From positions 25 to 64,024 of the forward strand of contig JACPKS010000008.1 of assembly GCA_016186905.1 (NCBI GenBank): a stretch of DNA of 64,000 nucleotides. Reading direction: 5' to 3'. Made by a program: the position numbers and the translations under genes. Origin of the DNA: Deltaproteobacteria bacterium (GTDB taxonomy: Bacteria > Bdellovibrionota > UBA1018 > UBA923). The notes under the pieces are model-generated. The model was not told the DNA's origin, made no database searches, and saw nothing but the letters and a program-made list of their open reading frames with translations. Positions 49,755-59,443 of the stretch are shown here, one piece after another. Every line of letters starts with the position of its first letter. The first letter of the stretch is position 1.

Positions 49755-50291
49755 ATGTTCAAAGTCGGTGATGAAGTGGCGTACGGACTGCACGGCAAGT
49801 GCGTCATTACAGGGATCACAACGAAAGAACTCTCCGCTGGCGCAGTGAGCTTTTACCAGGTCCGAGCTCTCAAAAACCCGATTTCCGCCAAAACGACGAA
49901 CCCGAATGACGCCGCGATCCTCATCCCCGTCGATAGCGCGCGTTTAAACGGCCTGCGTCCGCTCATGACTCGCGAGGAAGCCGAGCAAGTTCTGCAAACG
50001 CTCGCCGAGCCGGACTACCATTTCGAGCTCGACGAGACTTGGGTTTCAAAGCAGAAAAAGCTTGAAGAAGTGATCCGTAAAGAAGGATACGTCGGCCTAG
50101 CCAAGGTTATCGGACACCTCCACGTTTTTCTGCGGAAGGATGCCGTCCCCCCCTCGAACGTCATGCGCTTTCAGGAAAACGTATCGCGCATTTTCGCGCG
50201 CGAGCTGGCCGAAAGCCTTCAGATCACCTCTAAAGAGGCTGACCTTCTGCTTGCCCGTGCTTTGAAAAGCAAGCTCGCGCAAGACCACTAA
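49755..50291 (+). CDS. CarD/CdnL-family RNA polymerase-binding transcription factor
   Basis: N-terminal MFKVGDEVAYGLHGKCVI Tudor-like RNAP-interacting domain plus a C-terminal helical domain. Confidence 0.82.
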   Translation: MFKVGDEVAYGLHGKCVITGITTKELSAGAVSFYQVRALKNPISAKTTNPNDAAILIPVDSARLNGLRPLMTREEAEQVLQTLAEPDYHFELDETWVSKQKKLEEVIRKEGYVGLAKVIGHLHVFLRKDAVPPSNVMRFQENVSRIFARELAESLQITSKEADLLLARALKSKLAQDH

Positions 50292-50390
50292 GAAATTCGG
50301 CGCGCGCCGAATTCCGTCGCTGATCTCGCCCCTGAAACGTGGTATACCAGTGCCAAACACGCAGTTGCGGAAGCAAGAAAAGGATCCCCG

Positions 50391-51155
50391 TTGCAGAGTC
50401 TTATCCGCGGTCCGATGTGGAACCACCGCCTTGGAACGTATCTCAAACTGAATCTAGGCAACCCCCCCGGAGGCGGATGCAGCTGGGATTGCGTGTATTG
50501 CCCGGCGCGTTCGCAGCGACGCCGGTGTGGTTTCGCAAGCCTGGACCGTCTTCTTGAGGATCTGGCGCTCAGCCTGAAGAATTCCGCTTCTCTTGAAACG
50601 GTCATGTTGACCGGAAACGCGGACCCCTTTCTTCATCCGGAATTCGCGGACATCGTTCAAGGCGTCCGTGAGCTGCGAAGCAAGACGAACGGAAAATGGG
50701 CGCTCCATTGCCTCAGCAACGGCTCGACCCTGGATCGCAATCCTGTTCTTTGCGCCTGCGAAAAGCTCGATCAGCTCTGGCTCAAGCTGGACTGCTCCGA
50801 GGAGCGCCTTTTCAGGCAGCTCAATCGCCCGTCAGGAACAGCGCGATCGTTTGCGGAACACGTGGAAAAAATCAAGCGCCTGAGCTCACCCGCGATCCAA
50901 ACGATGCTATGGAACTGTTCTGAGGCCGGCACCATGGGGAATTGGACGACGGAGAATCTGCGCGGCCTGCTGGAACTATACAAAGTGTTGAAACCCAGCC
51001 GGATTTATCTTACGACGATGCAATACAGGAAAAACGGTTCCCAGATGTCCTCCGTTGACGGCGCGGGCCTGCAGACCTTCGCGCTGCGCGTGGAGGAGCT
51101 CGGGATTCCCGTTGACGTCAATGAATCCGGTTTGGTCGGCATGTTTTCAGGCTAG
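50391..51155 (+). CDS. small radical SAM domain protein, unassigned subfamily
   Basis: CxxxCxxC (GGGCSWDCVYC) near the N-terminus, ~250 aa. Lies 15 nt upstream of korA. Confidence 0.55.
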   Translation: MQSLIRGPMWNHRLGTYLKLNLGNPPGGGCSWDCVYCPARSQRRRCGFASLDRLLEDLALSLKNSASLETVMLTGNADPFLHPEFADIVQGVRELRSKTNGKWALHCLSNGSTLDRNPVLCACEKLDQLWLKLDCSEERLFRQLNRPSGTARSFAEHVEKIKRLSSPAIQTMLWNCSEAGTMGNWTTENLRGLLELYKVLKPSRIYLTTMQYRKNGSQMSSVDGAGLQTFALRVEELGIPVDVNESGLVGMFSG

Positions 51156-51169
51156 GAAGGAGTTCGCAA

Positions 51170-53023
51170 ATGAGCGCGATCAGTTCAAACAGCGGCAAAA
51201 TCGAGGAAATGGACTCCGCGGTCCTGCGCTTCGCGGGGGATTCCGGCGACGGGATGCAGCTGGTGGGGGATCTCTTCACGAAGACATCAGCCATATCCGG
51301 CGAGAACGTCGCGACGTTGCCGGACTTCCCGGCGGAAATCCGGGCTCCGTCGGATACCGTCTCCGGAGTCTCCGCTTTCCAGGTCTGCCTTGGCGGGATC
51401 GAGATCCACACTCCGGGCGACCAGGTCGACGTCCTTCTCGCGATGAATCCCGCCGCGCTCAAGGTCAATCTCAAATGGGTGAAGAAAAACGGCACGGTGA
51501 TCGTCAACGAGGACGCCTTCCAGCCGAGGAGCCTCGAGAAGGCCGGTTACTCCTCGACCCCTCTTCAGGGAAGCGAACTGGAGTCCTACAAGGTTCTAAA
51601 GGTGAGCATGACCAAGCTCACGAAGAGCGCGCTCGAAGGCTCGCCCCTCGGGCTGAAGCAGATCGACCGCTGCAAGAATTTTTTCGCGCTCGGGCTCATC
51701 TACCGTTTATTCAATCAATCCAAGGAATACACCGCGCGCTGGCTCCAGAAGAAATTCCAGAATCAGCAGGATCTCCTCGCGGCGAATCTCAAAGCTCTCG
51801 AAACGGGCTGGAGTTTCGGTGAGACGAGCGGGCTTTTCCCGTCCACCTATTCCATCCGCAGGAAGCAGCGCACGCGACGGCCGGGCACCTATCGCAATAT
51901 TTCGGGCAACACCGCCGCGGCCATGGGGCTGCTCGCGGCGTCGAACCGTTCCGGGCTGCCTTTGTTCCTCGGGAGCTACCCCATCACGCCGGCCACCGAT
52001 ATTTTACACGAGCTGATCAAGCATAAGCAGCGCGCGACGGTCTTCCAGGCCGAAGACGAGATCGCCGCGATTGGCTCCGCTTTGGGCGCTGCCTACGGCG
52101 GGGCATTGGCCGCCACCACCACCTCTGGCCCCGGGTTTTCGCTGAAGAGCGAGTTCATCAACCTCGCGGTGATGGTCGAGCTTCCTCTCCTCATCGTGGA
52201 CGTTCAGCGCGCGGGGCCCTCGACGGGGCTTCCCACCAAGACCGAGCAAGCCGATCTCTTCCAGGCTCTCTGGGGCCGGCACGGCGAATCCCCCGTGGTC
52301 GTGCTCGCGGCCCGCTCGCCCGCGGAATGTTTTGACGTCATGCTGGAAGCCGCGCGGATCGCGCTCCATTATATGACCCCGGTCATCGTGCTAAGCGATG
52401 GTTATCTGGGTAACGGTTCCGAAGTTTGGCGCGTCCCGAGCATGGAGGAGATCCCGGAGATCAAGGTCGCCTACCGGAAGGACGCGGAAGGGTTCTTTCC
52501 ATACGCGCGGAACCCCGAGACCCTGGCAAGGCCTTGGGCTATCCCTGGAACGCCGCACCTAGAACACCGCATCGGGGGGTTGGAGAAGGAAGACAAGACC
52601 GGTGCCGTCAGCCACTCTCCCGAAAATCACGAGAAAATGGTGCAGCTGAGAGCCGAGAAGGTCGCCAGGGTGGCGCGTGAGATCCCGCCGCTGAAACTGC
52701 ACGGAGCCCCCAATGCCGAGCTGCTTGTCGTTGGCTGGGGAAGCACGACGGGGGTCATCCGGCAGGTGGTCGAGCGCATGAGCGAGCGGGGGGTTCCGGT
52801 GGCGTCGGTTCATTTGCGGCACCTCAACCCGTTGCCGTCGGACCTCGGCCCCATCCTGAAGCGGTTTCGCAAGGTTCTCGTGGCGGAGAACAACCTGGGC
52901 CAGCTCTGGTACCGGCTCAGGGCGGAGTATCTCCTCGACTCGGAACGCCTCAATAAAGTTCAGGGATTGCCTTTCAAGGCCGAGGAAATCGAAACGAAGA
53001 TCAAGAGCGTGCTGGGAGTCTGA
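51170..53023 (+). CDS. korA: 2-oxoacid:ferredoxin oxidoreductase, alpha subunit (fused gamma-alpha, KorA-type)
   Basis: N-terminal VLRFAGDSGDGMQLVGD and a 617-aa architecture typical of two-subunit OFOR alpha. Confidence 0.88.
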   Translation: MSAISSNSGKIEEMDSAVLRFAGDSGDGMQLVGDLFTKTSAISGENVATLPDFPAEIRAPSDTVSGVSAFQVCLGGIEIHTPGDQVDVLLAMNPAALKVNLKWVKKNGTVIVNEDAFQPRSLEKAGYSSTPLQGSELESYKVLKVSMTKLTKSALEGSPLGLKQIDRCKNFFALGLIYRLFNQSKEYTARWLQKKFQNQQDLLAANLKALETGWSFGETSGLFPSTYSIRRKQRTRRPGTYRNISGNTAAAMGLLAASNRSGLPLFLGSYPITPATDILHELIKHKQRATVFQAEDEIAAIGSALGAAYGGALAATTTSGPGFSLKSEFINLAVMVELPLLIVDVQRAGPSTGLPTKTEQADLFQALWGRHGESPVVVLAARSPAECFDVMLEAARIALHYMTPVIVLSDGYLGNGSEVWRVPSMEEIPEIKVAYRKDAEGFFPYARNPETLARPWAIPGTPHLEHRIGGLEKEDKTGAVSHSPENHEKMVQLRAEKVARVAREIPPLKLHGAPNAELLVVGWGSTTGVIRQVVERMSERGVPVASVHLRHLNPLPSDLGPILKRFRKVLVAENNLGQLWYRLRAEYLLDSERLNKVQGLPFKAEEIETKIKSVLGV

Positions 53024-53028
53024 AGATC

Positions 53029-54096
53029 ATGGCTACCGAAGAAAGGCCTGCGATGGAAAATGCGATGGGAAAGCTGACACGGAAAGATTTTCTCGGTTCG
53101 CTCGAGCCCAAATGGTGCCTCGGCTGCGGCTGCTACGGGATTTTCAAGGCGCTGACCGGCGTGTTCCCCAGCACCGGCGTCGAGCGCGAGAGATTCGCGA
53201 TCGTTTCCGGGATCGGCTGCTCTTCGCGGCTGCCGTACTACACGAACACGTACGGGTTTCACACGATCCACGGGCGCGCGCCCGCCGTGGCGATGGGGCT
53301 GAAGCTCGCGAACCCCGAGCTTTCCGTATGGATCATTACCGGCGACGGCGACGCGCTCTCCATCGGCGGCAACCACTTCATCCATCTCATGCGCCGCAAT
53401 CCCGACATCAAGGTCATCCTCTTCAACAACCAGATTTACGGGCTCACGAAGGGTCAGGCTTCTCCCACGACGGCTGTAGGCACGCGCACGAAAACGACCC
53501 CCGGCGGATCGGTGGAAAGCCCAATGCAGCCGCTTGCGATGGCGATCGCCGCCGGCGCGACCTTCGCCGCGCGCGCGACCGATACGGACGGCGAGATGCT
53601 GACGGAGATCTTCACCGCGGCCGCGCGGCACAAAGGAGTCGCGTTCGTGGAGGTTCTTCTCAACTGCGTGATCTTCAACGACGGCGCTTTCGGGATGTTC
53701 ACGAACAAGGCGTCGCGGGACGAGCACACGATACGGCTCAAGCACGGAGCCCCGCTGCTGTTCGGCGCCGCGCGCGACAAGGCGATCCGCTTGCGGCAGC
53801 TCAAGCCCGAGGTGGCGCGGATCAATCCGGGCGCGCCTGTCCCGGACGATATCGCCATCCACGACGTCGGAAACCCGGATTCGAGCTTCGCGTATCTTCT
53901 GTCTCAGATGGGACATGCAGGACAGCCCCTTCCTCTTGGCATCTTCCGGCAGGTCCAGGCTCCGGTTTACGGCGAGGCGGACGCTGCCGCGCGGTCGTCC
54001 GGAAGCCCGTCTATCGAGATCGAGAAAGTTCTATGCGGGCCCAACGCGTGGACCGAGGGGGCTGACGGCAAGATCCATCCTTTATCCACGCGGTGA
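53029..54096 (+). CDS. korB: 2-oxoacid:ferredoxin oxidoreductase, beta subunit (TPP-binding)
   Basis: CLGCGCYG motif plus a TPP-binding GDG...N region (ITGDGDALSIGGNH). Confidence 0.88.
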   Translation: MATEERPAMENAMGKLTRKDFLGSLEPKWCLGCGCYGIFKALTGVFPSTGVERERFAIVSGIGCSSRLPYYTNTYGFHTIHGRAPAVAMGLKLANPELSVWIITGDGDALSIGGNHFIHLMRRNPDIKVILFNNQIYGLTKGQASPTTAVGTRTKTTPGGSVESPMQPLAMAIAAGATFAARATDTDGEMLTEIFTAAARHKGVAFVEVLLNCVIFNDGAFGMFTNKASRDEHTIRLKHGAPLLFGAARDKAIRLRQLKPEVARINPGAPVPDDIAIHDVGNPDSSFAYLLSQMGHAGQPLPLGIFRQVQAPVYGEADAAARSSGSPSIEIEKVLCGPNAWTEGADGKIHPLSTR

Positions 54097-54140
54097 GCAA
54101 GGGACGTTTTCAAAGGCAACCGACGTAATCAAGGATACCG

Positions 54141-54491
54141 ATGGACTACATCTTCGTTTTGCTCTCGATCGTTTTAGCGGTGCTTTTCGTGGGAGGGGGG
54201 CTGCTGGTTTCCCGTCTCGTGGCCCCTCATCATCCGGGAGCGCTGAAGAACGCGCCCTATGAGTGCGGCGAGAAGGTGTTCGGCTCGGCTCACGTCCAAT
54301 TCAACGTCGGATATTACCTGTTCGGCCTGCTGTTTCTGGTTTTTGATGTCGAGGCCGCGTTTTTGTATCCATGGGCGGTTGTGTTCCGGGAGGTCGGGAT
54401 CGCGGGGCTGATCGAGGCGGGCATCTTCATCCTCGTGCTGGTCGTCGGGCTGGTTTATGCCTGGCGGAAGGGCGCTCTGGAATGGGTCTGA
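54141..54491 (+). CDS. nuoA: NADH-quinone oxidoreductase subunit A
   Basis: 3-TM, 116 aa; the YECGE motif region is present. Confidence 0.9.
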   Translation: MDYIFVLLSIVLAVLFVGGGLLVSRLVAPHHPGALKNAPYECGEKVFGSAHVQFNVGYYLFGLLFLVFDVEAAFLYPWAVVFREVGIAGLIEAGIFILVLVVGLVYAWRKGALEWV

Positions 54492-55117
54492 TCACGGAGA
54501 AGCTTCCGCTCTATCTCGATCCCGTTCCCGGAAGCTCCTGGTTTCTCGGCAAGCTCGACGAGGTGATCAACTGGTCCAGGGCAAACAGCCTGTGGCCGCT
54601 GACGTTCGGCACGAGCTGCTGCGCGATCGAGGTCATGATGGCGGCGGGAGCATCCCGCCATGACGTCGCCCGTTTCGGCGCCGAGGTGGCCCGGCCTTCC
54701 CCGCGGCAGGCCGACCTGCTGGTCGTGGCGGGGACGATCGTCAAGCGCATGGCGCCCAGGCTGAGAACTCTTTATGAGCAGATGGCCGAGCCAAGGTACG
54801 TCATCGCAACGGGATCCTGCGTGATTTCCGGCGGCCCGTTCATTTACCATTCGTACTCGACGTTAAGGGGGCTCGACGGCGTCGTGCCCGTCGACGTTTA
54901 CGTGCCGGGCTGCCCGCCGCGGCCCGAGGCGTACTTTTACGGGATTCTCACGCTTCAAAAACTGATCAAGGAAGGCGAGACGGTCCGGCGGCCGGGGGAG
55001 CGCCGCAAGCCCGTTCTGGCCGCGCTGCCGGCGGGGATGACCGTGGATCAGATCCAAGAAGAGATGCGCAGCCTGCTTGTGACGGAGAAGAATAGCGGGG
55101 ATCGCAGGAATGGATAA
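54482..55117 (+). CDS. nuoB: NADH-quinone oxidoreductase subunit B
   Basis: N2 cluster-binding motifs (GTSCCAIE ... GSCVISGG ... PGCPPRPE). Start ATG at 54482 overlaps the nuoA stop. Confidence 0.9.
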   Translation: MGLITEKLPLYLDPVPGSSWFLGKLDEVINWSRANSLWPLTFGTSCCAIEVMMAAGASRHDVARFGAEVARPSPRQADLLVVAGTIVKRMAPRLRTLYEQMAEPRYVIATGSCVISGGPFIYHSYSTLRGLDGVVPVDVYVPGCPPRPEAYFYGILTLQKLIKEGETVRRPGERRKPVLAALPAGMTVDQIQEEMRSLLVTEKNSGDRRNG

Positions 55118-55574
55118 CGAAAAGCTCCTGGCTGCGCTTAAAACCCTGGAGCCGCAGATCAGCGTTCGCGAAAACGCGGACCGGCTCGCGGTGACCGTGC
55201 CTTGCGAGAGGCTCGGCGCCTTTATGTCGAAGCTCAAGCTGGAAAACGCCCTGCGCTTCGACATCCTGTACGCCCATACCGCGATCGACTGGGTCGCCGA
55301 AAACCGGTTCGAGCTGATCTACATCCTTTCCTCGCTGGAGCACGGGCACTCTCTCATGGTCTGCGTTTCCATTCCGCGCGATGCGCCCGTGGCCCCGTCC
55401 GTAAGCTCGATCTGGCGCATCGCCGAGTGGCAGGAGCGGGAAGTGTACGACATGTTCGGAGTTCTCTACCGGGATCACCCGGACCTTCGCAGGCTTCTGC
55501 TCGAAGACGACTGGCAAGGTTTTCCGTTGCGCAAAGATTACAAAGACGACTTCATGCTGGAGAAGCCGCAGTGA
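55110..55574 (+). CDS. nuoC: NADH-quinone oxidoreductase subunit C
   Basis: [10 protein letters not shown] motif. Confidence 0.88.
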   Translation: MDNEKLLAALKTLEPQISVRENADRLAVTVPCERLGAFMSKLKLENALRFDILYAHTAIDWVAENRFELIYILSSLEHGHSLMVCVSIPRDAPVAPSVSSIWRIAEWQEREVYDMFGVLYRDHPDLRRLLLEDDWQGFPLRKDYKDDFMLEKPQ

Positions 55575-55579
55575 GCACC

Positions 55580-56731
55580 ATGGTTTCCACTCTTGAAGAC
55601 AGGGTCCGCCCGCCCGCCGCGGCCGGCGGCCCGCTATCGACGCAGGAATTCTTCATCAACATGGGGCCGCAGCATCCCTCCACGCACGGGGTGCTGCGCC
55701 TGGTGTTGAAGCTCGACGGCGAAACCGTGCGCGAGGTGATTCCCGTCCTCGGATACATCCACCGCGGAATCGAGAAAATCGGCGAGCACCAGACGTATCG
55801 CCAGTTCGTCCACCTGTCGGACAGGCTCGATTACCTCTCCGCGCTTATGAACAACTGGGCGGTGTCGCTGACCGTGGAGAAAGCCGCCAAGATCGAGCTC
55901 AACGACCGCATACAGGTCATCCGCACCATCATGGCCGAGCTCCAGCGGATCCAAAGCCACCAGCTCTGGTGGGGCGTTCTCGGCATGGACCTCGGCGCGT
56001 TCACCCCGTTTCTTTACGGTTTCCGGGACCGGGAAGTCCTCACGGATGTTTTCGAGGAGACCATGGGCGCGAGGCTTACGATGAATTACATCCAGCCCGG
56101 CGGCCTCATGCAGGACATCCACCCGAACTTCGTCGAGCGGGTGAAAAGTTTCCTCAAGTATTTCAAGCCGAAGCTCGCGGAATACGAGGAGCTCCTCGGC
56201 GGCAACGTCATCCTTCAGGAGCGCCTGCGGAAGGTCGGGCGCCTTGAGGCGAAGACCGCGGTTTCAATGGGCGCGACGGGGCCGGTTCTCAGGGCCAGCG
56301 GCGTGGCCCACGACCTGCGAAAAAAAGAGCCTTACGGCGTTTACTCGAAGGTGGCTTTCGACGTGCCCGTCGGCACCATGGGCGATTGCTGGGACCGTTA
56401 CTGGGTCCGCATCGAGGAGATGCGGCAGTCCATGCGGATCGTCGAGCAGCTCATCGACAACATCCCCGCAGGAAAGCACCTGCTCGTCAAGCCCGCCATC
56501 GTGATCAAGGTCCCGCAGGGGCTGTATTACGGCCAAGTCGAGACGGCCCGCGGGATCCTCGGAATTTTCGTGGTCGCCGACGGCACGGGCTATCCTTACC
56601 GGATCCATCTTCGCACTCCGAACTTCAACAACCTGTGGAGCATAACGGCGATCGCGCCGGGCCTCCGCGTGGCGGACCTCGTGGCCATTCTTTCCTCCCT
56701 GGACATCGTAGTGCCGGATATCGACAGGTGA
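55580..56731 (+). CDS. nuoD: NADH-quinone oxidoreductase subunit D
   Basis: FINMGPQHPSTHGVLRL start region (NiFe-hydrogenase large subunit-like). Start ATG at 55580, within a longer ORF-track frame. Confidence 0.9.
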   Translation: MVSTLEDRVRPPAAAGGPLSTQEFFINMGPQHPSTHGVLRLVLKLDGETVREVIPVLGYIHRGIEKIGEHQTYRQFVHLSDRLDYLSALMNNWAVSLTVEKAAKIELNDRIQVIRTIMAELQRIQSHQLWWGVLGMDLGAFTPFLYGFRDREVLTDVFEETMGARLTMNYIQPGGLMQDIHPNFVERVKSFLKYFKPKLAEYEELLGGNVILQERLRKVGRLEAKTAVSMGATGPVLRASGVAHDLRKKEPYGVYSKVAFDVPVGTMGDCWDRYWVRIEEMRQSMRIVEQLIDNIPAGKHLLVKPAIVIKVPQGLYYGQVETARGILGIFVVADGTGYPYRIHLRTPNFNNLWSITAIAPGLRVADLVAILSSLDIVVPDIDR

Positions 56732-56741
56732 GGTTGCAGTC

Positions 56742-57842
56742 ATGGTGAATCTACAGACATCGTGGGAAGTCCGCACCCTCTCGCAGAGGGCAAGCGAGGC
56801 GCTGGCCGGCGGCCAGCTCGGGCTCACGACAGGCTATCTGTTCGCCGGGCTCGCCGGCCTCGCGGTGTTCCTGGCCGCCATGGCGCTCGTCCTCGTCTAC
56901 GCGGAAAGAAAGATCGCGGCGCACTTCCAGTGCCGTCTGGGTCCCATGCGCGTGGGGTGGCACGGCATCCTGCAGTCCGTGGCCGACTCCCTCAAGCTTC
57001 TTCTCAAGGAAGACATCGTCCCGACGGACGCCGACCGGTTTCTTCATGTCCTGGCGCCCTTCATGAGCCTGCTCGCCGCCATCCTCGTGCTGGTGATGCT
57101 GCCGATGAGCCCGGCATTGCAGGTCGCCGACGTCAATATCGGAGTGCTCTACGTGACGGCGGTGAGCGGATTGGGCGCGCTGGGGATCCTGCTCGGCGGC
57201 TGGAGCTCGAACAACAAGTGGTCGCTGCTCGGGGCCATGCGCGCGGGCGCCCAGATCATTTCCTACGAGGTCTCGGCGACGCTGTCGCTCCTCGTGGTCG
57301 TGCTGTTCTCAGGCACTCTCCAGCTTTCGAAGATCGTCCAGAGCCAGGCCGACGGCTGGTGGATCTGGCGCGCGCCGGGAGTGGGCCTGCTCGCGTTCGC
57401 GATCTACCTCATCGCGTCGGTAGCCGAGATCAACCGCACGCCGTTTGACATCTCGGAAGGGGAAAGCGAGCTCACCGCAGGTTTCCACACCGAATACTCC
57501 GGGATGAGGTTCGCCTTCTTTTTCCTCGCCGAGTTCATCAACATGTTCGTCGTGTCGGCGCTGGCCGCCACCCTTTTTCTCGGAGGCTGGATGCCGTTCC
57601 ACATCGGCGGGCTCGCGACCTTCAACGCCGCGATGGACCTGATTCCGCCCGGCGCCTGGTTCGCGGCCAAATCGGCGTTTCTCATCTTCGTCATCATGTG
57701 GTTTCGCTGGACGTTCCCGCGGCTGAGAATCGATCAGCTCATGCGCCTGGAATGGAAAATCCTGCTGCCCATCGGTTTCGTGAACCTGTTCTTGGCGGCC
57801 ATGGCCGTGCTCTTCGGTTTTTATTTCTTTCCCGTGCAGTAG
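56742..57842 (+). CDS. nuoH: NADH-quinone oxidoreductase subunit H
   Basis: Polytopic. AERKIAAHFQCRLGPMRVGW and RTPFDISEGESEL motifs. Confidence 0.93.
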   Translation: MVNLQTSWEVRTLSQRASEALAGGQLGLTTGYLFAGLAGLAVFLAAMALVLVYAERKIAAHFQCRLGPMRVGWHGILQSVADSLKLLLKEDIVPTDADRFLHVLAPFMSLLAAILVLVMLPMSPALQVADVNIGVLYVTAVSGLGALGILLGGWSSNNKWSLLGAMRAGAQIISYEVSATLSLLVVVLFSGTLQLSKIVQSQADGWWIWRAPGVGLLAFAIYLIASVAEINRTPFDISEGESELTAGFHTEYSGMRFAFFFLAEFINMFVVSALAATLFLGGWMPFHIGGLATFNAAMDLIPPGAWFAAKSAFLIFVIMWFRWTFPRLRIDQLMRLEWKILLPIGFVNLFLAAMAVLFGFYFFPVQ

Positions 57843-57858
57843 GAGTGGCGAGACCGAC

Positions 57859-58521
57859 ATGAATAAAATGAGCCAAGAAGACATCCTCACAGCCCCCCTG
57901 GCGGAAACCGCCCCAAGCAGCAGCCCAGCGGTCGGGATGACGGGGCCGCTTGCGGCGCCCAGGCCCGAGCGGCGGGGCTTCTGGTGGAACATTCTGTCCG
58001 GGCTCAGATCTTTATTGAAGGGAATGGGCGTGACGTTCCGGTATTTTTCCAGGCCCTCCACCGTCGTGACGCAGCAGTATCCGGAGAATCGCGCCACGCT
58101 CAAGCTGTTCGACCGCAGCAGAACCCTGCTTGGAATGATCCATGACGAGAACGGCTTTCACAAGTGCACCGCATGCCACTTTTGCGAGAAAGCCTGCCCC
58201 AACGCTTCCATCACGGTCGCGGAGCGGCCGAAGCCGGCGACCGGAAAGCCGGAGCTCGATTATTTCACCTGGCGCATGGATAGCTGCACGTACTGCAATG
58301 CCTGCGTGATCGTCTGCCCGTTTTCCGTGCTGACGATGAGCGGCACCTTCGAGAACTCCGTTTTTGACAGCAGGCTCCTGATCTACAATCTTACGCGTTA
58401 CGCGGGCCCCACTTCGCAGGTTCTCATGAAGATCGCCGATCCGGAGGAAAGAAAAAGAATGATCGAAACCCGCGGTGTTTTTTCAGGGGTTCCCCTGCTG
58501 CGCAAAGGAGGCCGGAAATGA
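57859..58521 (+). CDS. nuoI: NADH-quinone oxidoreductase subunit I (2x[4Fe-4S])
   Basis: CTACHFCEKACP and CTYCNACVIVCP ferredoxin motifs. ~40-aa N-terminal extension or alternative start. Confidence 0.88.
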   Translation: MNKMSQEDILTAPLAETAPSSSPAVGMTGPLAAPRPERRGFWWNILSGLRSLLKGMGVTFRYFSRPSTVVTQQYPENRATLKLFDRSRTLLGMIHDENGFHKCTACHFCEKACPNASITVAERPKPATGKPELDYFTWRMDSCTYCNACVIVCPFSVLTMSGTFENSVFDSRLLIYNLTRYAGPTSQVLMKIADPEERKRMIETRGVFSGVPLLRKGGRK

Positions 58522-59105
58522 TCTGGAGCAAGGCCACGGGCACGCTCCTGTTCTATCTGTTCGCGGTCGTCTCCGTCGCCTTGGCGATCGCGACCGTCAG
58601 CAGCCGCAGGATCCTGCGCGCGGCCGTGTATCTCATGGGCGTGCTGGCCGTGACCGCCGGGTTTTACCTGCTGCTTGGCGCGCCCTTTCTGGCCGGCGTC
58701 CAGATTCTCGTCTACGTGGGCGGAATCGTCGTGCTCATCGTGTACGTGGTGATGCTGACGCGATCCTCGGATCTCGCCGAGGACAAACCTTCCGCCGCGC
58801 GCAAGAGCACGGCGCTTCTCGCGGCACTTGCCTCGTTCGTGCTGGCGGTCACCGTCTTCAAGAGCTCCGAATCCGCTTTTCGCGGAGCCGGTTCCCAGGC
58901 CGCCACCATGCTTATCGATGATACCGCGATGATTGGCCGGGCGTTGCTTGACCGGGGGCCGCGGGGCTATGTGCTCCCCTTTGAGCTCGTGTCGCTGCTC
59001 CTGCTCGCCGTGGTGATCGGCGGGATCACCCTGGCCCGCAAGATCCAGGTGGATCAGAGCGCGGCGCCGAAAGAGAGCTCGGACGGAGGGGTCGCCAATG
59101 CTTGA
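58518..59105 (+). CDS. nuoJ: NADH-quinone oxidoreductase subunit J
   Basis: Membrane subunit. Overlaps the nuoI stop. Confidence 0.88.
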   Translation: MIWSKATGTLLFYLFAVVSVALAIATVSSRRILRAAVYLMGVLAVTAGFYLLLGAPFLAGVQILVYVGGIVVLIVYVVMLTRSSDLAEDKPSAARKSTALLAALASFVLAVTVFKSSESAFRGAGSQAATMLIDDTAMIGRALLDRGPRGYVLPFELVSLLLLAVVIGGITLARKIQVDQSAAPKESSDGGVANA

Positions 59106-59430
59106 AGTTCTCGCGAGCAACCCGCCGGGCGTTTTCCACTGGCTCGTGCTGTCCTCTCTCCTGTTTTCCATCGGGGTTTACGGGATGCTCTCCCGCAGGA
59201 ACGCCATCGGCGTGCTCATGGGGGTGGAGCTCGCGCTGAATTCCGGCGCGCTCAATTTCGTGCTTTTCAACCGGCTGCTGGCTCCGGCAACGGTGGACGG
59301 CGAAGTGATGTCCATCTTCATCGTGACCGTGGCGGCGGCGGAAGCCGTGGTGGGAATGGCGATCTTCGTCCTGTTGTTCAAGCAGATGAAAACAGTGGAC
59401 ATGACTCAAGCAAGCCAGATGCGGCATTAA
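59098..59430 (+). CDS. nuoK: NADH-quinone oxidoreductase subunit K
   Basis: 3-TM, 110 aa, with the conserved glutamates (GVELALN...). Confidence 0.9.
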   Translation: MLEVLASNPPGVFHWLVLSSLLFSIGVYGMLSRRNAIGVLMGVELALNSGALNFVLFNRLLAPATVDGEVMSIFIVTVAAAEAVVGMAIFVLLFKQMKTVDMTQASQMRH

Positions 59431-59443
59431 GCGGGATGAGACG

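Noticed and set aside
54371-54481. 5' extension of the nuoB ORF over the nuoA 3' end
   Set aside because: NuoB homology starts at MGLITEKLP (54482), coupled to the nuoA stop.
55202-55579. 5' extension of the nuoD ORF (509 aa in the track) overlapping nuoC
   Set aside because: NuoD homology begins at MVSTLEDR... (55580). The extension is an alternative frame across nuoC.
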